Origin: Myxococcota bacterium
GTDB taxonomy: Bacteria > Myxococcota_A > UBA9160 > UBA6930
Direction: 5' to 3'
Assembly: GCA_965223705.1 (NCBI GenBank)
Contig: OZ245015.1
Coordinates: forward strand, 3,040,001-3,104,000
Length of the DNA stretch: 64,000 nt
Below are positions 17,077-26,643 of the stretch, piece after piece (positions within the stretch are counted from its first letter, which is position 1; each line of letters begins with the position of its first letter). The notes under the pieces were generated by a model that did not search any database, was not told where the DNA came from, and was given only the letters and a program-made list of their open reading frames with translations. The position numbers were made by a program, and so were the translations under genes.

Positions 17077-17472
17077 ATGTTGATGAAACCCGTGAAAGAG
17101 AACATCGATCTCGGCATCGTCACGAACGATCCCGAACGAGCACTGGCCTTCTACCGCGATCTGCTCGGACTCGAAAAGACCGAGGAAGTGACGATGGGGC
17201 TCGGGACGCTGCATCGACTCAAGTACGGCAACAGCGACGTGAAGCTGTTGGTCCCGAAGCAGCCGGTCGGGGATAGTCCGGTCGGGCTACAGGCTCAACA
17301 GGGCTTCCGCTACTTCACGATGGTGATCTCCAACCTGCACGAAGTGGCCGAGAAACTGACCGCCGCCGGTGTTCCATTCGAGATCCCGGAGACCGAGATT
17401 CGTCCGGGAACGCGTATCGCCATGGTGCGAGACCCGGACGGAAACGTCCTCGAGTTCGTCGAACGCGGCTAA
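17077..17472 (+). CDS. VOC/glyoxalase family protein
   Basis: GIVTNDPERALAFYRDLLG; VRDPDGNVLEF. Confidence 0.88.
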   Translation: MLMKPVKENIDLGIVTNDPERALAFYRDLLGLEKTEEVTMGLGTLHRLKYGNSDVKLLVPKQPVGDSPVGLQAQQGFRYFTMVISNLHEVAEKLTAAGVPFEIPETEIRPGTRIAMVRDPDGNVLEFVERG

Positions 17473-17525
17473 GGGCGTAGACCGGGGTCGGGCCGTGGGA
17501 CGCCCAGCTTCGGCGCTTCACCTCT

Positions 17526-18719
17526 CTAGAACGCGAAAGAGACCTTTGCGGCCTGAGAGCTCGCCTTGTCGGCAGCGAGAGCTAACGCTGCGTCGTGCTC
17601 GCGGAGCGAGAAGAGCTTCGGTTGCATGGGCCGAAGGTCGAGGGCGCGGTTCCCGAGGAGTTCGACCGCGACGTCGAAGCTCGCGCGCGGGCGATTGCCG
17701 AACGACTCGGTTCCGTACAGAAACGACCCGGTTACGGACAGCTCGCGCATCCAGATCGGCGTCCAGTCGACACCCTCGGCAACGCCGGCCAGTCCCAACA
17801 TGACGACGCGACCGCCGGCGCGCGTCGCGCGAAGCGCCTGATTCAACGTTGCGGTGTTCGTCACCGTGTCGTACGTCACGTGGGCGCCACCGCGCAAGAG
17901 ACGCCCACCCCCAAAGAGTGGGTAGGTCCCCGAGTCGAGAGCGCGTGCAATCGCTTCCATGGGATCATCGCCGCCCGCGGATACGACCGTGTCCGCGCCG
18001 AGCGCGCCCGCGAGCTCGGCCTGAAAATCGTACTTCGCGACGCAGGTGATGCGACACTTCGGCGCGGTCGCTCGGAGCGCGGCGACCGTCAACAGGCCGA
18101 TGTTTCCGGCGCCGAGGACGAGCACATGCTCCCCGGCTGCGGGAGGGACGCGCAGTACGGCATGAAGACAGATGCTCAAGGGCTCGACGAGCGAGGCTTC
18201 TTCATCCTCGACCGTGTCCGGTACGGGGTGCAATCGCCAGCTCGGTGCCGCGTACGCTTCGCTCCAGCCGCCGCCGGCGCCACCCGTCGTGCCGATGAGG
18301 AAGCCCGGTCCCGCGTGGCCCTCGGCATAGCGCTCGCAACGACTGGGATGACCGGCCGCGCAGAAGGCGCACGTCGGGTCGAACCCGCGCTCCCGGCAGG
18401 CCAACGTCGGATCGATAGCCACCCGGTCGCCCTCGGCGAACCGGGAGACTCCCGATCCCACGGCGGCCACGACGCCGAAGAGCTCGTGGCCGGGAACGAA
18501 TGGGAACGCGAAGAAGGGTTCTGCCGCAGGGAGCTCCTTTCCCTGTAGAAAACCCAAGTCGCTCCCACAAATACCGCTCACGCGGCTCTTGATCAGCACC
18601 CAATCCGGCCCTGGGAGGGTCGGCTCGGGGATCTCGCGAAACATCAGATGGGAAAGTCCCGGCAAGCGAGGATCTCGAACTTCGCGACCTGGCTTTTCCT
18701 CGAAGACCAAGGCTTTCAT
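17526..18719 (-). CDS. Zinc-dependent alcohol dehydrogenase (MDR family)
   Basis: SGICGSD, PGHE, structural Cys cluster (C..CAFC..C), VLGAGNIG. Confidence 0.88.
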   Translation of the reverse strand: MKALVFEEKPGREVRDPRLPGLSHLMFREIPEPTLPGPDWVLIKSRVSGICGSDLGFLQGKELPAAEPFFAFPFVPGHELFGVVAAVGSGVSRFAEGDRVAIDPTLACRERGFDPTCAFCAAGHPSRCERYAEGHAGPGFLIGTTGGAGGGWSEAYAAPSWRLHPVPDTVEDEEASLVEPLSICLHAVLRVPPAAGEHVLVLGAGNIGLLTVAALRATAPKCRITCVAKYDFQAELAGALGADTVVSAGGDDPMEAIARALDSGTYPLFGGGRLLRGGAHVTYDTVTNTATLNQALRATRAGGRVVMLGLAGVAEGVDWTPIWMRELSVTGSFLYGTESFGNRPRASFDVAVELLGNRALDLRPMQPKLFSLREHDAALALAADKASSQAAKVSFAF

Positions 18720-18808
18720 CGCTCCCCTTCCCGACCTCGGCCGCCCGTGACGCGGGCCCGTTCGCCCGCCATCTTATACGGGTCGTCCGACTCTGGGGAG
18801 GTCCCTTC

Positions 18809-19378
18809 ATGGCGGCTCGGAATTCGCGACACCGACTGGTGGCGGCGGTCGCCGGCGCCCTCGCCCTCTTGGCTTCGGCGGGAGCGGCGCGTCAGGACAA
18901 CTCCGACCTCCCGAAGCTCTTTGACGAACTGCGCGGAAGTACGAGTCCCGAACTCGCCTTCATGGTCGAGCGACGCATCTGGGACATTTGGAACGCCGCG
19001 GATCGGCGGGACGTCGATCGCCTGATGGCGCTCGGCCGGGCGGCGATGTCGATGGGCGACTACGAAACGGCTCTCCGCCGCTTCGACGAAGTCGTCGAAC
19101 TCGATCCCCAGTTCTCCGAGGGCCTCAACAAGCGAGCTACGGTGCGTTTTCTGCGGCGCGAGTGGGAAGAGTCCCTCGCGGATATCGACCGGGTGTTGGC
19201 CCTCGAAGCGCGGCACTTCGGAGCGATCGAGGGGAGCGCGCTCATCTTCGAAGAACGCGGTGAACTCGAGAAGGCGCTCGAAGCCTACGAGCGCGTCCTC
19301 GCGATCCACCCCTATGCGCGGGGAGTCCGCGACCGCATCGAAGCATTGCGAGAGAGGCTCGGCCAGCGGCCGCTCTAG
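18809..19378 (+). CDS. Exported TPR-repeat protein
   Basis: Signal peptide (LVAAVAGALALLASAGA); IWDIW; TPRs (ELDPQFSEGLNKRATV, LEARHFGA). Confidence 0.82.
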   Translation: MAARNSRHRLVAAVAGALALLASAGAARQDNSDLPKLFDELRGSTSPELAFMVERRIWDIWNAADRRDVDRLMALGRAAMSMGDYETALRRFDEVVELDPQFSEGLNKRATVRFLRREWEESLADIDRVLALEARHFGAIEGSALIFEERGELEKALEAYERVLAIHPYARGVRDRIEALRERLGQRPL

Positions 19379-19379
19379 G

Positions 19380-21152
19380 CTACGGACGATCCTCGAGGAG
19401 CGCCTCGGGCAGATCCACCACGCGGGAGCGAAGGAACTCGCCCAGGCTCTTCGCTTGCGGGTCGCTCCGCATGGAAGACGCCACACCTTCCCCGAGGATC
19501 CCGACAACCACGAAGTTCAGGGCCCGGACGTTCGGTAGCTCGTAGCGGCGCACAGCGAGCGGCGCGGCTTCCGGGCAGAGTTCCTTGAGTCGCTCGACGG
19601 TGAGGAACCTCGACAACCACGCGTAGCCGGCGTCGCTTCGAGCCCAAACGCCGATATTCGCATTGCCACCCTTGTCTCCGGAACGCGCTCCGATGACCGT
19701 GCCGAGCGGCATCCGCACGGTCGCTCCCGTGGGCGGGGCCGTCTTCGGCGCCTGCGGCTCGGGAATCGGTTCGAATGAATCGGGCTTCGGAGGGTGCGGA
19801 ATTTCCGTGGCCGAACCGCCGGCGTCGACTACGCGGTGCACCACCTCCGTCGCGGGAACCAAGCACGGCCAGTACACCCCGTACTCTTTCTCGCTCGACG
19901 GCGGCGTCGTCGTGTAGATGCCCGGGTAGCTTGCGAGAAGCATCGGAATGACGGCGCCGGAAAACGCTCGACCGACCTTGTGTCGGTCCGGATCCATCAC
20001 GGTCACCGTCAGATACGCGCTGGCTTCTTCGTTGGTCGAAGCATCCGGCCGGTCGCTGCGTACCAGATTGGAGTGGAAGGCCGCGAAACGCTCGCGCCCG
20101 CCCAAGTGACCGACCAACGCATCGAGGGCGATGCGCGCCTTCTCTTCGATATCGAGCCCGGTCAACACAAACGTCATTGTGTTGCGGAAGCCGCCGACGT
20201 AGTTGATGCAGACCTTGAGATCGTCGGGCCGCGGCTCACCCCGGACGCCCGAAACCCGCACCCGATCGCTCCCCAGATCTTCCAGTGAGACGGTGTCGAA
20301 ACGCGCGACGACATCCGGGTTCTTGTAGGCCGGCTCGGCGATCTCGTAGAGAAGCTGCGCGGTGACCGTTCCGGTACTCACCAGACCGTCGCTGTTCGGA
20401 TGTTTCGTCACGACGAAGCTGCCGTCCCGCGCCATCTCGACGAGGGGGAAGCCGGGTTTCGCCAAGCTCGGCACTTCCTGAAAGAACGCGTAGTTGCCAC
20501 CGGTCACCTGGGGGCCGCATTCGATGAGATGCCCCGCGACGACGGCGGATGCGACCTCGTCCCAGTCGTCCTGCGCCCACCCGAAGTGCCAGGCGGCGGG
20601 GCCCACCACGACCGAAGCGTCTGTGACGCGGGGACAAATGACGACGTCGGCGCCTTCCCCCAACGCGTGCGCGATGCCCCAAGCGCCGAGGTAGGCGTTC
20701 GCAGAAACCGGCTCTGCGTCGAGGGTCGACAGCGGGACGCCGCGATCCAGATGCGCCAGGTCGTGTCCCTTGCGCTGCAGCTCGCCAAGCCTCGGCAGCA
20801 AGTCGTCGCCTTCGACGTGGGCGACCTTGGCGGCGACACCGAGCCCTTCGGCAAGCTTGCGCACCTCGGTCGCGAGACCGGCGGGATTCAAGCCGCCGGC
20901 ATTCACGACGATCTTGATACCGCGCTCGCAGGCCTCGCCCAGGATCTCTTCCGCCTGCTTGAGGAACGTCACCGCGTAGCCGGTGTCCGGGGACCGCCGC
21001 GTCGCTTTCTGCAAGATCAACATCGTGAGCTCAGCCAAGTAGTCGCCCGTCAGCACGTCCACTTCGCCGCCGAGGAGCATTTCTCTCGCGGCGCCGAGCC
21101 GGTCGCCGTAGAAGCCGGAGATGTTCGCAATACGAAGAAGTTGGTCGGCCAT
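19380..21152 (-). CDS. Acyclic terpene utilization AtuA family protein
   Basis: RIANISGFYGD, GDYLAELT, SANAYLG, GHLIECG, QLLYEI, ARSGDKG, DPQAKSLGE. Confidence 0.92.
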   Translation of the reverse strand: MADQLLRIANISGFYGDRLGAAREMLLGGEVDVLTGDYLAELTMLILQKATRRSPDTGYAVTFLKQAEEILGEACERGIKIVVNAGGLNPAGLATEVRKLAEGLGVAAKVAHVEGDDLLPRLGELQRKGHDLAHLDRGVPLSTLDAEPVSANAYLGAWGIAHALGEGADVVICPRVTDASVVVGPAAWHFGWAQDDWDEVASAVVAGHLIECGPQVTGGNYAFFQEVPSLAKPGFPLVEMARDGSFVVTKHPNSDGLVSTGTVTAQLLYEIAEPAYKNPDVVARFDTVSLEDLGSDRVRVSGVRGEPRPDDLKVCINYVGGFRNTMTFVLTGLDIEEKARIALDALVGHLGGRERFAAFHSNLVRSDRPDASTNEEASAYLTVTVMDPDRHKVGRAFSGAVIPMLLASYPGIYTTTPPSSEKEYGVYWPCLVPATEVVHRVVDAGGSATEIPHPPKPDSFEPIPEPQAPKTAPPTGATVRMPLGTVIGARSGDKGGNANIGVWARSDAGYAWLSRFLTVERLKELCPEAAPLAVRRYELPNVRALNFVVVGILGEGVASSMRSDPQAKSLGEFLRSRVVDLPEALLEDRP

Positions 21153-21160
21153 CGTTTCTC

Positions 21161-22036
21161 CTAGCGGCGGTCGCGAAGCGAGGGATGCTTGAAATAGTCG
21201 GGTTGTCCGGCGAGATACATCTCGCCCCAAATCTGGTAGCCGCCGTCTACGGTCACCGTCTCACCGGTGATGAACTTTCCCGACGGAGCGATGAGGTAGA
21301 CGCAGGCTTCAGCGATGTCCTGAACGTCTCCATGACGCATCATGAGATTGCTTCGTTTGAGGCCTTCGAACGCTTCCTCCGGATAGACGTTCATCCCTTC
21401 CGTCAAGATCGGGCCCGGCACGACGCAGTTGACGCGCACGCCGAGGGGCGCCCACTCGAGGGCCACATTGCGCGACGCGTAGACCACGCCGGCGCGCGCA
21501 GCCACGGTGTGCGTCACGCCGGGCATGCCGCGTTGAAACGGAGCCACGATGTTGACGACGGCGCCGGGTGCGCCCGCGTCCCGCCAGTAGCGCGCCGCCT
21601 GTTGCATCATGTACCAGGTGCCGTTCAGGTTCGTGTCGACGACGGCGTTCCAGCCCTTCACGGAGAAATCGATCGCGTCCTGAGGAAACTGGCCGCCCGC
21701 GTTGTTCACGACCCCGTCGATTCGCCCGAAGGTTTCACCGACCTCGCCAAACATCGCCTCGACTTGCTCGGGATCGCGGATGTTCATCTCGACGATCTGA
21801 GCGCGGCGTTTCGCGCGTTCGACCATCACTTGGGTGCGTTCCAGTTTCTCGCGGGTGCGGCCACACAGCGCGACGTCGGCGCCCAGACGTGCGCAGAGGC
21901 TGGCCGTCGCCTTCCCGATCCCCGTGCCCGCCCCGGTGACGATGATGACACGTCCATCGAGGAGACCGTCTCGGTACACGGTCGGAAGGGCGAACATCTC
22001 CTCGTCCGTCATGGTGAAGCGCGGTGCGTCGCTCAC
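21161..22036 (-). CDS. SDR oxidoreductase (AtuB / trans-2-enoyl-CoA reductase-like)
   Basis: TGAGTGIG, NNAGGQF, HTVAARAG; GTG start overlaps the upstream TGA. Confidence 0.88.
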   Translation of the reverse strand: MSDAPRFTMTDEEMFALPTVYRDGLLDGRVIIVTGAGTGIGKATASLCARLGADVALCGRTREKLERTQVMVERAKRRAQIVEMNIRDPEQVEAMFGEVGETFGRIDGVVNNAGGQFPQDAIDFSVKGWNAVVDTNLNGTWYMMQQAARYWRDAGAPGAVVNIVAPFQRGMPGVTHTVAARAGVVYASRNVALEWAPLGVRVNCVVPGPILTEGMNVYPEEAFEGLKRSNLMMRHGDVQDIAEACVYLIAPSGKFITGETVTVDGGYQIWGEMYLAGQPDYFKHPSLRDRR

Positions 22037-23643
22037 AAGCGGAGTACTCCGTAGCGCGGCTCCCCGATCGGGGCGTTGAGCGACGCGGCAATCGCGACAC
22101 CCAGGGCGTTTCGCGTATCGGCCGGGTCGATGAGGCCGTCGTCCCACAACTGCGAAGTGGCGTAGTAGGCCGACAGTTCGCGCCCATAGGACTCGAGGAT
22201 GGGTTCCTTGATCGCCGCGATCTCCGATTCCGAAAGCTTCTCGCCGGCTCGTTCGAGCTGGCGAATCTTCACGTCGGCCAGGGTATTGGCCGCCTGTTCC
22301 GCGCCCATGATGCCGATCTGATGGTTCGGCCAGCTGAAGATGAAGCGACCGTCGTAAGCGCGGCCGCACATGCCGTAGTTTCCCGCGCCGAACGAGCCGT
22401 TCACCATCACCGTAAATTTCGGCACCTCGCTGCACGACTGCACCATGATCATCTTCGCTCCATCTTTGCAGATGCCGCGCGCTTCGTACTCCTGCCCGAC
22501 CATGAAGCCGGTGATGTTCTGCAAGAAGAGAAGCGGGGTTCGGTTCTGATTACACAATTCCATGAAGTGCGCGGCTTTGAGTGAGCTGTCGTTGAACAGC
22601 ACTCCGTTGTTGGCCAAGATGCCGACCTTGTAACCCCAGATGTGCGCAAAGCCCGTGACCAGCGTCGTTCCGTAGTCGGGTTGGTACTCGTGGAAGTAGC
22701 TGCCGTCGACGATGCGGGCGATGACTTCGCGCATGTCGAACTGAACCTTGATGTCGTCGGGGATCACCCCGTAGAGCTCTTCCGGGTCGTAGTAGGGAGG
22801 TTCGGGCTCTCGCCACTCGATCCCGGTTTTCTCGGGGCGCGTCCACTGCGAAACGATTTCTCGCCCGAGAAGGATCGCTTCCTCTTCGGAATTCGCGGCG
22901 TAGTCCGCCGTGCCGCTCACTTGCGTGTGGACGTCGGCCCCGCCGAGGGTGTCGGCGTCGACGATTTCCCCCGTCGCCGCCTTCACGAGAGGCGGACCGC
23001 CGAGGAAGATGCCGCCGTTGCCGCGCAAGATGACGGCGTAGTCCGAAAGCGAAGGGATATACGCACCGCCGGCGGTACAGTGACCGAATACTAGAGAGAG
23101 TTGCTTACAGCCCATCTTCGACAGGATCGCCTGGTGGCGAAAGATTCGCCCCGCCAGATACTTGTCGGGGAAGAGCTCGGCCTGTAGGGGCAAGAACCCG
23201 CCGGCGCTGTCGCACAAGTGAATCACCGGCAAGCGGTTCTCGATCGCGATCTCCAAGCACCGGACGATCTTCTTGATCGTCAGCGGGTACCACGCACCGC
23301 CTTTGATGCTCGGATCGTCTGCGCGGATGATCACTTCCCGGCCGCTGACGATTCCGATCCCGGTGACCGCGCTCGCTCCTTTCGATTCGCCCTCGTACTC
23401 GGAGTTCGCCGCCAAACTCGATAACTCGAGGAACGGCGTGCCCGGATCGAGCAGCTTTTCGATGCGGTCGCGAATGAAGAGCTTTCCCAAGCGCTCGAGG
23501 CGCTTCATATCACGCTCGGGGCGGTCGTACCGCGCCTCGTCCTGCCGCCGGCGGAACTCTGCGACGAGCTCTCGGTTGTGCGCGCGGTAACGGCGAAAGG
23601 AAGCGCTCCGGGTGTCCACCTGACTGCGGATACGTCGCATCAT
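22033..23643 (-). CDS. Acyl-CoA carboxylase carboxyltransferase (beta) subunit, AtuC/MccB-like
   Basis: LLDPGTPFLELS, DSAGGFLP, CTAGGAY, LGGPPLVKAATGE, QNITGFMVG, GAGNYGMCG. Confidence 0.93.
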   Translation of the reverse strand: MMRRIRSQVDTRSASFRRYRAHNRELVAEFRRRQDEARYDRPERDMKRLERLGKLFIRDRIEKLLDPGTPFLELSSLAANSEYEGESKGASAVTGIGIVSGREVIIRADDPSIKGGAWYPLTIKKIVRCLEIAIENRLPVIHLCDSAGGFLPLQAELFPDKYLAGRIFRHQAILSKMGCKQLSLVFGHCTAGGAYIPSLSDYAVILRGNGGIFLGGPPLVKAATGEIVDADTLGGADVHTQVSGTADYAANSEEEAILLGREIVSQWTRPEKTGIEWREPEPPYYDPEELYGVIPDDIKVQFDMREVIARIVDGSYFHEYQPDYGTTLVTGFAHIWGYKVGILANNGVLFNDSSLKAAHFMELCNQNRTPLLFLQNITGFMVGQEYEARGICKDGAKMIMVQSCSEVPKFTVMVNGSFGAGNYGMCGRAYDGRFIFSWPNHQIGIMGAEQAANTLADVKIRQLERAGEKLSESEIAAIKEPILESYGRELSAYYATSQLWDDGLIDPADTRNALGVAIAASLNAPIGEPRYGVLRL

Positions 23644-24152
23644 GACGAGCCCTCCAGAAGCGGCTCGAGCGTCGCGAGTACAGCGCCTTTGTCGAAACTC
23701 GCACCGGCCTCGAACAAAACCGCCCCGACGACGCCGTCGCGGGGCGCCGTCATCGCTGTTTCGAGCTTCATGCTCTCGATGGTCAGCACGGTGTCGCCGC
23801 GCGCGACGCGAGTCGATGCGCTGGCTACGACCGCGACGACGACTCCCGGCATCGGTGCCGTAATTTGATCGGCGCCGCGGACCCCCGCCGCCTCTTCCGA
23901 AGCGCGTTCGAGACTGTTCACCGCATCGATACGAAAACTCCCGTGCCCGTCGTGGATGAAGGTCGCGTCGCCATCCGTCACCAGGCGGAGCGGCGTGACT
24001 TCACCATCGACTTCGAGGAGAAACTCTCCGTCGCCGAGCTCCTCGAGCACCGCGTCAACGCGCTCTCCATCGATTTCGAGCCCGATTCCCTCGGTGCGAT
24101 ACACGGGAACCACCCGACTCGTTCTTCCCTGCAAAACGAATTCGCCGGCCAT
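23640..24152 (-). CDS. Biotin carboxyl carrier protein with N-terminal BT-like domain
   Basis: APMPGVV, ESMKLE biotinylation motif, APRDGVV. Confidence 0.9.
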   Translation of the reverse strand: MAGEFVLQGRTSRVVPVYRTEGIGLEIDGERVDAVLEELGDGEFLLEVDGEVTPLRLVTDGDATFIHDGHGSFRIDAVNSLERASEEAAGVRGADQITAPMPGVVVAVVASASTRVARGDTVLTIESMKLETAMTAPRDGVVGAVLFEAGASFDKGAVLATLEPLLEGSS

Positions 24153-25624
24153 CAGTTTCGAAACGCTCCGATCGACGCGTAAGGTTCGGGAACCGCCGCG
24201 ACGCGCTCACAAAAGTCGCGGTTCGCGAGAGCCGCCGCCGCGAGAAGCGCTCTCCTGCGGGCGGGCGAGAGTTCCGGTTCTCGAAGATCGCTCTCGTATT
24301 GGGAGACGAAGCCCGTGTGCAGCTCGCCGCGACCGAACGCCTCGTGGGCCAGGACGCGCGAGAGATAGGACGTGTTCGTCGTTACGCCCAAGATCGCGAG
24401 TTCGCGCAGGGCGGTTTGCGCATCGGCGATGGCGGCTGCGCGATCGGATCCGTGGGTGACCAACTTCGCGAGCATCGGATCGAAATCGGGCGTGACTTCA
24501 CTCCCGTCAGCGACCCCGCTATCGAAACGCGCCTCTCCCGGCGGTGAGAACTCGACGATTCGGCCGATGGCCGGTGCGAAATCCTCGGACGGATCTTCCG
24601 CGTAGATCCGACATTCGATGGCGTGCCCGTTTACCGCCACGTCTTCCTGACGGAACGGCATCTCCTCGCCGGACGCGATACGGACCTGGAGCTCGACGAG
24701 GTCGAGGCCGGTGACGGCTTCGGTCACTGGGTGCTCCACCTGGAGGCGCGTGTTCATCTCGAGGAAGTAGAACTCGCCGTCCGGAGCGAGAATAAATTCC
24801 ACCGTGCCGGCGTTTTCGTAGTTTGCCGCGCGGGCGATATCGACCGCGGTGCGACAGATGCGCGCCCGAAGCGCGTCATCGAGGCCCGGAGACGGCGCCT
24901 CTTCGATGATCTTCTGGAATCGGCGCTGGATCGAGCACTCCCGCTCGAACAAGTGCACGTGGTTCCTGTGCCGATCCGACAGGATCTGGACTTCGATGTG
25001 GCGCGGCTTCTCGACGTAGCGTTCGGCGTAGATGCGCCCGTCGGCGAAGTAGCGCTGTGCCTCACTGCTCGCGCGGGCTGCCGCTTCCGCCAACTCGGCC
25101 GGCTCCCGAACGATATGCATGCCTTTGCCGCCGCCGCCGGCGGACGCCTTCAACACCAGCGGAAACCCGATGGCCGCCGCGCGCTCCGCGAAATTCTCCG
25201 GGTCTTCTTCCTGCGTTACCGACGGAGCCACGGGACACCCGGCCTCGGCGACGAACGTGCGAGAAGCGATCTTGTCCCCCATGAGCTCCATCGTCTCGGG
25301 GGCGGGGCCGATCCAACAGAGCCCGGACGCGACTGCCGCCCGAGCGAACGCGGCGTTTTCCGAGACGAAGCCGTAGCCCGGGTGAATCGCGTCGGCGCCG
25401 GAACTCCGGGCCGCGTCGATGAGTTGATCGGTGTCGAGGTAAGCGGCGACGGGTTGCGCGCCGCGTAGCGTGACGACGCGGTCGACGGCTGTCATGGCCG
25501 GCGTGTCCCGTTCGTCTTCGTGGGCAACGCCCACCGCCTCGATACCCATGCGGCGCAGCGTATGCGCGATACGCACCGCGATTTCGCCGCGATTCGCGAT
25601 CAGGACCCGTCTCACTGTCGTCAT
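24152..25624 (-). CDS. Biotin carboxylase subunit of acyl-CoA carboxylase
   Basis: VLIANRGEIA, HPGYGFVSEN, KASAGGGGKGM, ERECSIQRR, FLEMNTRLQVEHP. Confidence 0.95.
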   Translation of the reverse strand: MTTVRRVLIANRGEIAVRIAHTLRRMGIEAVGVAHEDERDTPAMTAVDRVVTLRGAQPVAAYLDTDQLIDAARSSGADAIHPGYGFVSENAAFARAAVASGLCWIGPAPETMELMGDKIASRTFVAEAGCPVAPSVTQEEDPENFAERAAAIGFPLVLKASAGGGGKGMHIVREPAELAEAAARASSEAQRYFADGRIYAERYVEKPRHIEVQILSDRHRNHVHLFERECSIQRRFQKIIEEAPSPGLDDALRARICRTAVDIARAANYENAGTVEFILAPDGEFYFLEMNTRLQVEHPVTEAVTGLDLVELQVRIASGEEMPFRQEDVAVNGHAIECRIYAEDPSEDFAPAIGRIVEFSPPGEARFDSGVADGSEVTPDFDPMLAKLVTHGSDRAAAIADAQTALRELAILGVTTNTSYLSRVLAHEAFGRGELHTGFVSQYESDLREPELSPARRRALLAAAALANRDFCERVAAVPEPYASIGAFRN

Positions 25625-25696
25625 CTCCGATCGGGTAAGCTAGCCGAAGTCGGGCGACCCGGATCCTCGGTTGCCCAACCCCTTGGAGGTAGCCCC

Positions 25697-26635
25697 ATCG
25701 GTTTCACCGCACCGCTCGCGCAGTTTCGATTTCCCGACCTCGAAGCCGGCGTCCGCGGACGCCGGGTACTCATCACCGGGGCCGGCCGCGACGGAGGACT
25801 GGGTCAGGCCTTCGCCCTGGCCGCCGGGCTGGGAGGCGCGCACAGTGTGGGCGTCCATTTCCACCGAAGTATCGAGGACGGCTTCGCCCTGGTGGAGACC
25901 CTACAGAAGGAGGGTGTCCGGGCGTTCCCCGTTCAGGCCGATGTCAACAATCTGGGCGACCTCTGGGCGACCCGGAGCTACGTCATCGAGCAGATGGAAG
26001 GATCGCCGCCCGATCTACTGATTTGCAACTCCGGTCTGACAGAACGCGGTTACGCGTTCGGGCGCGCGCTCCGGGAGGAACCCGAGGAGAGCTCCGCCAT
26101 GCGCCGAGCGCGGGTGCGCCAGCACTTCCTCGACAACCTGGGAGAATCGCAGCTCGTCCTCGACACGAAAATCGACGGCTTCCTCGCGACGACTCACCTG
26201 TGGGCCGGCGAAGCGGTCCATCACAAAACACCCCTGCGCATCGTCTACATGTCCTCGCGACAAGCGATCGACCCGGGTCGCAGCGTCCCCGGTTATGCCC
26301 TCTCCAACTGGGCCGTTCTCGCCCTGCCCCGCGTTCTGTCCGTCAACCTGGGCCGGCAGGCCGACTCGGTCACCGCGTGCTGCCTGCTCTTCCCATTCGT
26401 GCGGACCTCGATGACCGACGAATACGCGGACAACGAAGCGGTCTACGGACGCTGGCAGTCGCGCATGCTCGAACCGCATGAAGCGGCGCGTTCGGTGCTC
26501 GAGCTGCTGGCGCAACCGGACGAAACCCTTGCCGAGGGGCTGTTTCAACTCTCGGTGACCGGCGACGCTCAGAATGCACAAGCCAACTGGGAGCGGGTGA
26601 GCATCGATACCACGTGCACCCCCGTGACGTTCTGA
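25697..26635 (+). CDS. Atypical SDR-fold oxidoreductase; start codon uncertain (probably ATC)
   Basis: VLITGAGRDGGLG Rossmann motif, QADV, CNSG, MSS, YALSN. GGAGGT RBS lies 6 nt before ATC 25697. No ATG/GTG/TTG in frame between the opposing gene and the Rossmann motif. Confidence 0.72.
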   Translation: MGFTAPLAQFRFPDLEAGVRGRRVLITGAGRDGGLGQAFALAAGLGGAHSVGVHFHRSIEDGFALVETLQKEGVRAFPVQADVNNLGDLWATRSYVIEQMEGSPPDLLICNSGLTERGYAFGRALREEPEESSAMRRARVRQHFLDNLGESQLVLDTKIDGFLATTHLWAGEAVHHKTPLRIVYMSSRQAIDPGRSVPGYALSNWAVLALPRVLSVNLGRQADSVTACCLLFPFVRTSMTDEYADNEAVYGRWQSRMLEPHEAARSVLELLAQPDETLAEGLFQLSVTGDAQNAQANWERVSIDTTCTPVTF

Positions 26636-26643
26636 AAGGCGGT

